NCBI RefSeq assembly: GCF_036321535.1
Contig: NC_087436.1
Location: 74,340,001 to 74,400,000, forward strand
Length of the DNA: 60,000 nucleotides
Direction of reading: 5' to 3'
From: Camelus dromedarius
Taxonomy: Eukaryota
Shown here in pieces: positions 1 to 11,420 of the stretch. Every line of letters starts with the position of its first letter. The stretch's first letter is position 1. The position numbers were made by a program, and so were the translations under genes. A model generated the notes under the pieces. The model saw nothing but the letters and a program-made list of their open reading frames with translations. It was not told the DNA's origin and made no database searches.

Positions 1-101
1 TCGGTAAAATGGGACCAGTAACAAGGCTACCTTGAGGTATTACTGTAAAAATTAGAAATAAGGTATATGAATCCTGAGGCATGTGTAAAACTAGTAGTGG
101 A

Positions 102-360
102 CAAGGAACCCTCCTACACTGTTGGTGGGAATGTAGTTTGGTGCAGACACTATGGAGAATGGTATGGAGGTTCCTCAAAAAACTAAAAATAGAACTATCA
201 TATGATCCAGCAATCCTACTCCTGGATATACATCTGGATAAAAGTATAATTCAAAAAGACACCTACACCCCAGTGTTCATAGTAGCACTACTTACAATAG
301 CCAAGATGTAGAAACAACCTAAATGTCCATTGACAGATGACTGGATGAAGAAGGTGTGGC

Positions 361-404
<44 letters not shown>

Positions 405-894
405 TGTGTGTCTCTCTCTATATATAATGGAATATTACTCAGCCATTAAAAAGAATGAAATAATGCCATTTGCAGCAACATGGATGGGCCTAGAGATTAT
501 CATATTAAGTGAAGTAAGTTAGAGAATGACAAAGATCACATGATGGCACTTATATGTGGACTCTAAAAAAAGATACAACTTTTATTTACAAACCAGAAAT
601 AGACTCATGGACATAGAAAACAAACTATGGTTACCAGGGGGGAGAAGGGGGGAGGGATAGATTAGGAGTTCGGGATTAATAGATACACATTACTGTATAT
701 AAAACAGATAAACAACAAGGACCTACTGCGTAGCACAGGGAACTATATTCAATTTCTTGCAATGAGCTGTAATGGAAAAGAATCTGAAAAATATATATGT
801 GTATGTATATGAATAACTGAATCACTTTGCTTACACATGAAACTAACATTGTAAATTGACTACACTTCAATTAAAAATAAGAATTATATTAAGA
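102..894 (+). mobile_element. 5'-truncated LINE-1 (ORF2 C-terminal remnant plus 3' UTR), inserted into a MIR
   Basis: ORF 81-311 reads as L1 ORF2 end ([35 protein letters not shown]). It is followed by a typical artiodactyl L1 3' UTR and an A-rich end. TSD aaaactagtagtgga (87-101) vs aaaattaatagtgga (895-909), 13/15. MIR-like sequence lies on both flanks. Confidence 0.92.
364..426. repeat. Compound microsatellite (AC)n-(GT)n-(CT)n-(TA)n inside the L1
   Basis: Read directly from the sequence. Confidence 0.95.
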
Positions 895-3339
895 AAAATT
901 AATAGTGGATACAAAATAATTGGTGGCTGTTACTGTGACTGAGAGGCTACAGCTCAGCTCTTTCTGGTCTACCACCGAGAAATGGTGGCCAACAGCCTGC
1001 CACAATCTGCCCAGGACCCTGCTATCTTATTGCCTTTGGCCAATACAACCACACTTTGGACACCTCCCAAAGGTGCTGATTACAAGAACTTTAAAAAGAA
1101 ATTCTCTCTCCCATCTTATCTTCTGGTTCCCAGGCAAAGGCACTAAAGTATGTGGAATAACACTGACATCCGGCTTGGAGTAGAATAGCTTCCTGAACAC
1201 CTCCTGGGAGAAACTTGTGCTTAAAAGCAAATAAGCTGGAAAGTCAAGAAAAATTTTCCTCTTGCTGGAATCTACATGTGAAAGTATAAAATGAACCTGT
1301 TTGACTTGAGGCAGATGAAAAAGATCCTAGAAAATGACCTATTATCGTGGTGCTTGGTGGCTAGAAGCTTTTTTTAAGCGCATTGTTTGTGGGTTTTTTT
1401 TAAAAAAAAAGTAGAGGCAAATTGGCTTCTGTAAGTCAAATAGTTAGAGTGAGACTGCCAAAAAAGTAAACAAGAGCTACATTTAATTTCTCTGTTTTTC
1501 TTTTACGAGCCAGAGACGCTAATACTTCCAGACCAAGGAAGCTGCCAACTAGCTAGTGGAAAATTTTATTTTCAAAAATAAGTTTACAAATGAAGGTGAT
1601 TTTTTTAAACCTGAAGCACCAAATAGGATTGAACTCCTTTAGAAAAATATGTAAACATTAAATTACTTGTTGTCTAAACCTCAGTGGCAGAAAATCGTCA
1701 AAGCGAGTCATCTACATTTCAGAAATTCCACTTGGTTTTTACCCTAGCAACTTTTCCTGTTTTTATCCCTTGACGTTACACTTCTGTAGCACTTTGGATT
1801 GTTCTTAAAGCAGTGTATGTCAATGTTGATATCATTTAAGTATTTAAAATATTTATGTGTATGTAAGACTTCATATAACACAATCTTAGGGAGAAAACCT
1901 AGTCAGTAGAATAGATGTCTTGATGGTATGAGTAACACTAATAAGGTGTCCTTTTTGAAAGGCCTAAGGTTCTGATCTAATGGAAAAACCAGAAGTGCCA
2001 AATCAATGAGCAATTTCAAAAAAGAACTAATTTTGGTTTTGTTGATGTTTTGTATCCGTATGAAGAATTCATCGTTGGCGTCTGATGAATTCTCTTGGTC
2101 AAGGAAGTGGTTCTTTACAATAAATAAGTCATAGGTTTGTAAGCAGTGGAATAACATGATGGTTTTAGTCACTGAGACAAATTTCTATGGACCATTTGTT
2201 CAGTTTGTATGACATTTCATAGCAGTGTCACCTGCCTCCATTTCCAGTTCTGCTTTCTCCTTAGATATTACATGTGATTAGATTCAGATACCTCTACTCA
2301 GCCGTAAAACCCACCACCTACTGCTGTCCAGGCGTGCAGGTGTTTTCATCCCACGTCTACTCTGCCCAGTCTTTCTCCCTTTCCATCTCTCATCTCCTGC
2401 ACTGTCTCAGTGACTCCTTCTCCCCACCCAGTCCCCAGGCGGGCTCTCAGACAAGGAAGCAGTTCCTGTATTCCCAAAATACAAGCTGCAAGCCAATGAC
2501 AGAAACTGCACTGAATTCCGGCCCTAAATTGGTTTTGCTTCCCCCTCGTCACACCTCCCCGCTCCCGTCCTTATTTATCTTCATCTGTATCTTCAGGAAC
2601 TTAGGAATATTTTTCTGGGAAGAAAAAAAGTTTTCCAGCTTACAGTTTCAATTATGTCCCAGAAACAACTTCAGTCCTCAGTACTTACGCTCCTTGGACA
2701 CCATCAATTAAGACACTCACCCCCCTTGACAGAAAATAATGTTCACACGTCTTCCAGGCACAGGTTAGGTTGAGGATGCTGGTGGGCTCAGCCCTGAACG
2801 CCCTGGTGCACGCCGCCTCCCCACTTTCCCTGTGTACGTTCTCCCCGGTGTCAAGGACACACCAGTATTTGAATGCACTCCAGCTGAACCCATGCTCTTA
2901 AGGACCTGTCACTTCTAGAGTCTTACCTGTCAGGATTCTGGGCTGTCAGTACTCATTGTCACTTAGATCACGTGTCTTTTTTCCAAGAGTCTAATGCCCT
3001 TCATGCAGCAAGCACACTTCGCCTCCTTCCGGAAGGTTGCGCTGTTAGTAGTTTACATCAACCCTGTTCAGAGCTTCAGGGTTGAAAAGGAAAAACCCTT
3101 TCTCCAGCACAAACAACTACAGTCACTTTTAAGCTAGTGAGATTTTGTTGTTTGAATTGTGCTTGACCTGGACTTGTTACACGTGAATTTGCAAAGTGGG
3201 TTTTCTTCTCTGAAATTTTGTTTGGTGACCAAAATTGAAATGAATACCATGAGTTTGAAGACTTTTACCATAGTTCTCCAACATAATCATTATTCTCCTC
3301 CATACAACCCTTAATCATGATTTTAAGGGCAGCCTAATT

Positions 3340-3575
3340 AATGAGCACCAACATTGAATAAGCATTTTACGTTCTAAGTGCGTCATGTGAAGTATTACAT
3401 CTAAAACTCCTCCAACCCTATGACGCAGGTCCAATTTTTAGCTCTCATTTTACAGATGAGGAAGCTGCTTCAGTGGAGCTGGTAATGACCAGCCTGAGGT
3501 CACACAGTAGGTGCTGCAGCCAGGATTCAAATCTAAGTGTTCCACCCCAGAGGCTGCACTCTTAACTCTGGTGCA
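3340..3575 (-). mobile_element. MIR SINE
   Basis: MIR core ctcattttacagatgaggaagctg ... aggtcacacag ... ggattcaaatc. Confidence 0.75.
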
Positions 3576-3619
3576 ATGCTGGCCCCAAAGCAGTGGGATT
3601 TCACCTTAGTGACAAAGGC

Positions 3620-4010
3620 ATGATGGTCACAATCAGCGAGCCCACCTCCTCCTGTTCACTTCATCCTCCACCTGCCACCAGCGTGATTTCTCGAAGGTGC
3701 ATATTCGATCATGACACTGGTGTAAAACTTTTAGTGATTTCTCATTGCCTACCAGATAAAGTCTAAATCCTGAAGATGACCCAAAAGGCTCCCTTCCATC
3801 ATCTAACTCTCTGACTGTGTTGTTTGCCACCTGCCCATCCCTTGGCCGTGTCACTTCCTGTTCCCCAGTTGGCCTGTGCTTTTTGATACTTTGGGACCTT
3901 CAAACTTTCTGCCCTGACCTTTATTTCCCCTCCTCCTACCCCAGTCAGCTCATGCACATCCTTCAGGATCTCTCTCAAACATCTTCTCTATACCCTTCCC
4001 TGCCATGAAA
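3620..4010 (+). mobile_element. L2 fragment
   Basis: L2-like text tgatttctc...gatcatgacact...ctcattgcctaccagataaagtctaaatcct. Confidence 0.55.
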
Positions 4011-5220
4011 GTCCTCTCCTCTATTTACTACCAGCTCATAGATCTGTTAATCGAAGTGAAAATAGCTACCATATTTGAGCTCTCATGTTCTAGGCACAGT
4101 GCTGAGCATTTTGCAAGGTTGGTGGCTTCACATCTGGAGCTGCAAACACAATGATCTGAGAAATGTATCAGTTTCTTTTTAAAAATAGTGGACTATAATT
4201 TCTGTTTTGAGACCTCATTCAGCAAGGAGACAAACTTAATATCAGCCCATTCAGAGTCTCCTCCAGTTCCTAGGGTTGCAGCTGCATTGTGAGCGGCTCA
4301 TGCAGAGTCCAGGGGTGTGTGTGTGTTGCTGGGAAGTCAGGTAAAGTTGCAACTTTGGTCTCTATGTCACCATCTCCCCATACTGGTATCAGACGTGTCT
4401 GGTCACCATCCAAGCTGAGATGGTGGTGTCTGCAGCCTCCTCAGATCCAGCAGGCATCTATGCCCTCTTGACTTCACCAGAAACATTCTGTCTCTCCTAG
4501 ACCACTCTGGGTGAGGAGGATTGGTGAAAGCATCTCTCTCCCACCTGGGTGCACCACACAGACATTTCTTTAACTCCTACTCTGTGCTGAGTTCCCAGCC
4601 TCTCTGGGACTGAGCCAGTTCTCCAGACTCTTGCTTGAAGTCAGGACCCACATACTTTCTGCTCTCAAATCCCTACACCTATGTGGAGCTTCCCATAAAA
4701 GCCTCAGAGTTGCTCCCGCTTCTGATTCCCCTTCAGTTCCCTTCTGACTCACCTTACCCTTTGTTTGTCTGAGAAAGCTGTAATGTCTACTGGAGAAAAA
4801 CTGGCCCTGAGTTGTCTTTCAAATCTTAAACCTGGATTTTTTTGTTATGTGAGTTCTGCTAAGTCATCCCTTCCTTGGTTAATGAATGACGCCAACTGGG
4901 AGGAAAGACAGGACTATGAAGAAACTCAGTGGTGGGAATGAGAACCATTAATATCTCAGTTTTAGTCATGCCCAACAGACACAAACGCTCAATGATTAGT
5001 TCATATAATCTTTGCAAAAACCTGTGGGAGGTGTAATTATTATTTTATAGAGGAAAAACTGAGGCTTAGTGAGATCAATTAACTCTGCACACTGCTGGCA
5101 AGCTCTTGGCCACCACACCTAACTATCCTTATGTTATGGAAATAATTTCTTTAGATATCTGAGTTTCCCACTTAAACTGAGCTCCTTGAAGTCAGTGCTA
5201 GGGCTTCATCCATCCTTCTT

Positions 5221-5306
5221 CTTCTTTGATGGAGGTGCTGGGGGTTGAACCCAGGACCTTGTGTATGCTAGGCACGCACGCTACCAACTGAGCCAACCCC
5301 TCCCCC
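5221..5306 (-). mobile_element. tRNA-derived SINE (Vic-1-like, camelid)
   Basis: Reverse complement reads GGGGGAGGGGTTGGCTCAGTTGGTAGCG...GGTCCTGGGTTCAACCCCCAGCACCTCCA, with A and B boxes and an A-rich tail. Confidence 0.85.
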
Positions 5307-6198
5307 AAAGACCTCATCTATCCTGATAGCCACAACCCTGTACAGGTGCTCATTAAGTAGTACTTGAATTGAAATGGGTCAAGGAGAGAGAAGGAGAAAG
5401 GAGGAGGGGAAAGGGTGAATGGGATAATTCCCTTATCTAAGCTCTTCTGAAACTTCCTGAATGATATTCTGTCAACTAAAATATAAGGGAAGTTGAAAAC
5501 TTAATGGTATTAACTAAATCACATCCAGAACTGAATTCTCCTTACCTTATACTGTCAGATTATTCTAGGCATAAAAATTAATTCCTTGGAAAAGGTGTCT
5601 AAGAAAAGGTGTAATGGCATCAGTGACACAGCAATAACAAGTGGGGACCACATGCATAAATGAGCAGTGACCAGAACTGTGGGCAGTTATCACAGCCAAT
5701 GCAGTCCCAGTGGATTTTTCTTTACTTTCTAGACATGGCCATCTGGGATGCTGGTGGTATATAAATCTGATAACTTCTGGAATTTCACACCTTTTTATGA
5801 AATTTTCCTCTGAAAGCTCTTGTTATTTCACATTACATAAACCCCTCTGATAACAAATATCATATTTATTAGACCATGCATCTAGGTGAAGGGTAAACGT
5901 TTTAGGCATGCCCAAGTTCCAGTCAAAGGCGGGTTTGCTGAACCTTCTTGTCCTTCTTCATAATTGTCTATCTACAATCAGTTTTATAGTTTTCATTTTC
6001 ATTACTTGGTCTTGTACAACGCAAAAAAAGTAAAATGAGAAAGTTAACATTTCCCCCATCCCACATCTCCCAAGTAACTTCAGTTAACAGCCTAGTGAAT
6101 ATTCTTCATTCTGTGTTTCACAAACATGTTCAATCACATCTTCATGTTTTTAGGAGTTGGATGTTTCTTTTTCTGTTCTCTCTTCTGCCCTTATTGCA

Positions 6199-6346
6199 GG
6201 GGAGGACATAGCTCAGTGGTAGAGCACACGCTTAGCATGCACGAGGTCCTGGGTTCAATCTCTAGTACCTCCATTAAAAAAATAATAAAATCAATTAATC
6301 AATAAACCTAATTACCTCCTCCCACACAAAATTAAAAAAAAAAAAG
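6199..6346 (+). mobile_element. tRNA-derived SINE (Vic-1-like, camelid)
   Basis: ggggaggacatagctcagtggtagag (A box) ... ggtcctgggttcaatc (B box) ... aataaacctaattacctcc followed by poly(A). Confidence 0.9.
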
Positions 6347-6440
6347 AAACTGAAAAGACAACCCACAGAATGGGAGAAAATACTTATAAATCACATATCT
6401 GATAAGAGACTTGTATCCAGAATATATAAAGAACTCTTAC
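6347..6440 (+). mobile_element. L1 ORF2 fragment
   Basis: aaaagacaacccacagaatgggagaaaata...atatctgataagagacttgtatccagaatatataaagaactc is a conserved L1 ORF2 segment. Confidence 0.8.
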
Positions 6441-9400
6441 TTTCAAATGCTGCACGATGTGCTTCAGAATTAATTTAACCACTTTCTTTATGAACACTTA
6501 GGTTGCTTCCAATCTCCAGGATACAGTTCTGTCTTTCAACCAAGACTTTCCAAAGAGAGGGCTGTCAATCCTTGTCTCCTAAATGACTTGAGGCTGCTGT
6601 TACTTAATCAGTGACCCCCATAACATTGAAAATGGTCTTTGTTTCAATAAGGACAAAAACTTGCTGACTCCCTTCACCATCGGCAGCCACCCCTCCGAGC
6701 CTTATTCTGCTAGTTCTGCTGTTGTTCTCGTTTTCCTTTTTGCTTCTGTTTAGACCTGTGCAGGTTTGATGCAGGATCCACAAAGCCACCCATGTGCGCT
6801 GCCACAGAGTGCTGTACCAATCTCCATTTGTGGTGCCACAAATAGTGAGTGAACTTTTGCCTACCTAGTCCTCCCCTCTCCATTCCTTGGGTTCTGACCT
6901 CTGCAAGATCCTAAGGAGCTTTCTAGGTAAAAGCCAGGTTGCATAAAGGCCTTTCCTTGGAGCCCTGGTCCTGGGGCTACAAAGAGCAACAGGAAACACA
7001 GGTGTCTTTGTCAATACGAATCAGCTGCAGGCAGCAGCAGATGCCTTAAATAAGGAGAGAGGGTGAGGAAGGTGTCCGCGTAGAGGACTTGGGGGCTCAC
7101 GGGGCTGTTTGGAGGAAAGGACTGTGATCAGGAGTAACTAACTCTGAGAAGCTGAAAGAGATAATGGGGTTTTCCCCTTTCATGCTAACCATCACCACTT
7201 CATGAAATAAACTATTGCCCAGGTTTGGAGCAGTCTTAAATGCATTTCCTTACTTTAAATGTCCATTTTAACATTTTATTCATCAGGATAGTTATTCATT
7301 TGTTTTTCACATTTTGCTGTGAGTGGTTCAAAAAATTAAAATATTTGTCAAAGTGAGTATCACATTAGAAGTTTAAAAATGTTCGCACTAAACCCAAATC
7401 CCCATTGGAGAAGGGAGCACACCATATATTCTTCCTATTTTCTCTCTGAAGCAAACAACCCATGTATTCTTTCTTGGTTGTGTTTAGACTGACCATTGAA
7501 CAGTCCTTAGAAATAATTTTCAATATTCAACAGATATTGGCATTGGTTTCCTAAGGCATCAACATCCAAGAGTCCAGATGAACCAGGGAATTTCCTGTGT
7601 AGCTGTGGCAGGAGCCAGATGTTGTGTTGCTGTGTTGTTGTTATTCTTTAGCAAAGACTCTTATGTTTCAAATAGTTATGCTTTTCACATTAAAACTTTG
7701 TTTATTTGGAATAATGGAAAGAATGCCAAATGGTATTGGTAAGAAGTAATGGTTAACTATTTCCAAGGGAAATTTAGTTTCATATTCTGAAGTATGAAAG
7801 TAATGGTAGACTATTTCTAAGTGAAATTTAATAAAGTACAATGTATATTACAAAATTTACTACCATAAAATATAGAAAAGAAATTTGTGAAAGAATAAAT
7901 TCTGAAGAAAATCACATGCATGATTTCTATATGTAATTTCTTTGAAGATATAATTCTTTAAATATATTAGACTGGTTAAAATTAAATAATTCAAATAATA
8001 ATTGCTGAAGCTGGAATTTAGAGATATTTGGAAGTAATCCTAAATTTCTGAAGCTTTTGTTTGAAAAAGATATTCATTCTTGCAGGTTTCTCCTTAGTAA
8101 TAAGACCTGACAATTGTAGTGGAAAAACAAGCTACTAAATGTATATATAGTATGAAGCAGAACATTCTGCATTATGCTAGATCCTCAGTTAGCATAGTCT
8201 AATATTACATGATTTTAAATATTTCTAGGTTACCGTATTGAACTCGAACTGAATTTTGGGTTAGTAGGTTGAAATATTTAAGAAAGGAGAGAGGAAAAGG
8301 ATTTGGCCGGTGAGTGCATACAGTGCCGGGCCTGTCCCCACCCCTGCTCCTGACTCATGACCCCTCCCCCATCACTGCCTGGGTGCAGCTTCCACACCTC
8401 TGTCTGGCATGTCTCTGTGTAGGTGGGTTCTGTGGTCCCCCACGCTGTCAGGGATTCATCCCAGGCCCTCTGGTCTTTTCCTCCCACCACCTGCTCCAGC
8501 ATCATAAAAGTCTTGCGAAAAGGGGTATTGGAAAAAAGTGTGCCTCTTTCCAAGTGTAAATTTTATGGTAAATGAATTATATCCCAAGAAAGACGTTTTT
8601 AAAAAGAATCATGACTTTAAACAAAAGAAAAAGTATGCAAACAGGAGGTTGTTGCCTGACCATGCACACCCTTTCTCTAAGATCAGGCTGTATACTTTTC
8701 CTATTTGTTACCTCCAAATAAGATATCTTAGCATTTTTTAAGGCATCATCTCTTGATCCCTATATCTGTTTTCGTTTGAAAAAAATAAAAGGCTTTGGGT
8801 TCCAGTATGATATGCTGTTTCTGAGAGTAAGCTTGATATAGGAACTAAAGGGCAGAATGACTTGACAGAAACCACCTTGGCATTTATCCCTACATACACT
8901 TGATACATGGAACTATTTCACAGACATTTCTCATTTATACTCTATGAGGAAGGGATGAACCATTTTGCAGAAGGAGAACTGAGGCACCAGGGGAGGGAAC
9001 TTGCCCCCTAGCTCAGAGAGATGCAGGGAGATGGTAGCATAATTTTGTCTTGCTGTGGAGAGTTCTTTGTTTCCAGCCTTGCCTTTGATCCCATGAGACA
9101 GTTTGTTTTCCTTTCATCTACAAATATCTGACAATGCCTGTAAATTACAGATACAAGTAAAAAGTATTCTTCCAGAATCTGTGATGCAATGGAAGCCCAG
9201 GGACCTCCCGTCATAGTGATGGATTTCACAGGTATGATTCAGGCTGTGTGGGAGGTAAAATTTGGATCCAAAGTCTGTTCTTAATCATCAATTTAAAGTG
9301 ATGTTTCACACAGGAATAGAGGGATCTGGTCCACCATTAAGAGATTTCACCCGACTCTGAGGACTTAGAAAACAAGACAAAGCAGCAGGGAGGTCTTATC

Positions 9401-10529
9401 TCTTCTTCCTCCAGAGCTCCTGGATGTGTCCTCAACTAATACTTATTTCCTAATCATGGTGGCAGTGGCAATGTGCTTTCTAAACTGCAAGGACTGACCA
9501 CGTCTTTAAAATTTAAGTTCTGGAAAATCTCCAGCTTCCACCCAAAACCAGATTTCCCACAAGACATTAGGACACAGGACAGGCAACTTTAGCCTCCCTG
9601 CTTCCAACAACTAGTGTGTGTGGGTACCCCACTGATTGTGTGTGTGTATTTGTACATGCTTGTGATACCATATTGAAAACAAAATACAGTTCTCAGGTGG
9701 GGAGTACCTTGGGGAGGGGGGATCCTGTCCATAACGGTATCAGTAAAGAGCTTTATTTAGTGGTTGCTGTAGTCCCTAATGTTTCTGCATTCTTCCAGGA
9801 TATCACAAAGAGTAAAGGCAAATACTATTAACTCTATGAGAAGCCTTCTGGTTCCTACCTCATTAGGCATTCTCTTTTTTGTGTCTATATGTGTATTTAT
9901 TGCCTGAAATAGAGAACATGACATTTTAACAGCGATTCTGCTTGAATGAGAAGTAATAAAAGCCAATTTCAAACCTGTTATTTTAATCTCTGGCAGTGAC
10001 ATGTGAAAGCAATTAAGAAGGGTGCTCTCTACGGGAAAAAAAAAATCTTCCCTCCATTGAAACAGTCTGGAAGAGCCTTTAAAGAAAGATTAAACTGAAA
10101 ATAGCACCATACCTTCCTTAAGAGTATTAAATAGGCACCCCGTCCTATCATAATGCAAAACAAATGCTAACGTGTACATTGCCCAAGACCCTAAAGTCTG
10201 CAAAGCTGGTTCCAAAATCTCCTGAAGGACCACAGTTCATAACCACTGAAATGATCACCTGTCCTTCATCTAGAGATGATGCTCCTGGAAACAAAAGGAC
10301 TGGGAAGGGAGGTTTCAACAGCATTTAGCTGATCATCAACAACCTGAATCTGTCCGGTTGATTTATACTGAAAAAGGATACACGGAGAAAAACGATGGCT
10401 AGTTTCCTGGTAATGTGAGCTTTTTTTCTTCCTTCCTTTCTTTCTTTTTTTTTTTTTTTTAAAGCTGTGAACTTTTTACCTTGCTTCATTCATGCTTCAT
10501 TTGATCAATTACTAACTGTATAGCCCCTA

Positions 10530-11420
10530 AAAAGCGAGAGCGCGGGCTTCTTGAAGTTGATACCTTGCTTTTGGATCCCTCTTCGTTTCAGAATGGGCGG
10601 GGAGGTGGAGTTAAGACACCTTTGTGAGTACGAACCGATGAAGCAGAGCCTGGGAGTGTGTGTCGGTCCCCTGAACACCACAACGACCGAGGACGCGGAC
10701 TGCGGAGGGGCGAGCGGAGCCCGACTCTCGCAGCCCGGAATCCGTTTTCAAACCTTCGGGAGCCAGCTCTGCCATTGACATGCAAATCCCGTCCTGAGCG
10801 CCCGGGCCAATCCGGGAGGCTTCCTGTGGGATTACCTGGTGGCGAGCGCCCCGCGAGCGCGGTCCCTCCGGCGCGGACCCCGCGGCCGGGGTGGCGTGGT
10901 GGTCGGGCACCCCCGCACCCTCCGGGCCCGGCGCGGGGATTCGGCCCCTCCGGCCGCGCGCCACAGGCCCGCCGCGCCGCAGCTGCAGTAGCCCGGACGC
11001 CGCGGTGCAGGGCGCGGCCGAGCCGCCCATTGTTGAGCGCGGCCGAGCCCCGCCGACGATGCCCGGCGCCGCCTCCTCGCAGCTGCGGCGAGATTTGAAC
11101 TTGGCGTCGGCCCGAGCCCAGCGCGGCCCCGCGGTAGGGGGGCAGCGGCGGCCCCGCGAGCGGCGATGGTGAGTTCGGTGCCCGGGTCCGCTTCCCCTGG
11201 CCCGCGGCCGGGGCGGCGGGGCGCACTGCTTCCTTTGACGAGGGAGGGCGGGTGCCTGCCGTCTGCTTTCTAAAGGGTGTCTATTTCGGTCCCTGCGGCG
11301 ACTCTGGAAAACCCGGTCAGTGCGGATGGGCCCGCGGGCGGGCTTTCTCTGCCCGCAGCCGGCCTGGTGGGGGGCGGCGGAGTGGGTAGGTGGCGCGCTC
11401 CGAGGGTCTCCAGAAATTCC
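10530..11420 (+). promoter_or_regulatory. CpG island, internal promoter of SHROOM3
   Basis: Very GC- and CpG-dense block within AT-rich intron. GC box GGGCGGGG 10595-10602, octamer ATGCAAAT 10780-10787, CCAAT 10807-10811, and a strong donor ATG|GTGAGT at 11168/11169. Confidence 0.9.
11059..11168 (+). CDS. SHROOM3: Putative alternative first coding exon of SHROOM3 (MPGAASSQLRRDLNLASARAQRGPAVGGQRRPRERR-W)
   Basis: ATG in context acgATGc (A at -3), 36 codons plus 2 nt, then a GTGAGT donor. Phase 2 joins exon 48116 in frame (TG|G = Trp, then RSEPVGRPHSW). Confidence 0.6.

Noticed and set aside
6199..6275. tRNA gene
   Set aside because: The tRNA-like head is followed by a SINE body and poly(A) tail, and diverged copies recur in the window.
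10588..11226. 212-aa and 139-aa minus-strand ORFs in the CpG island
   Set aside because: Low-complexity Arg/Gly/Pro/Ala translations typical of GC-rich DNA.
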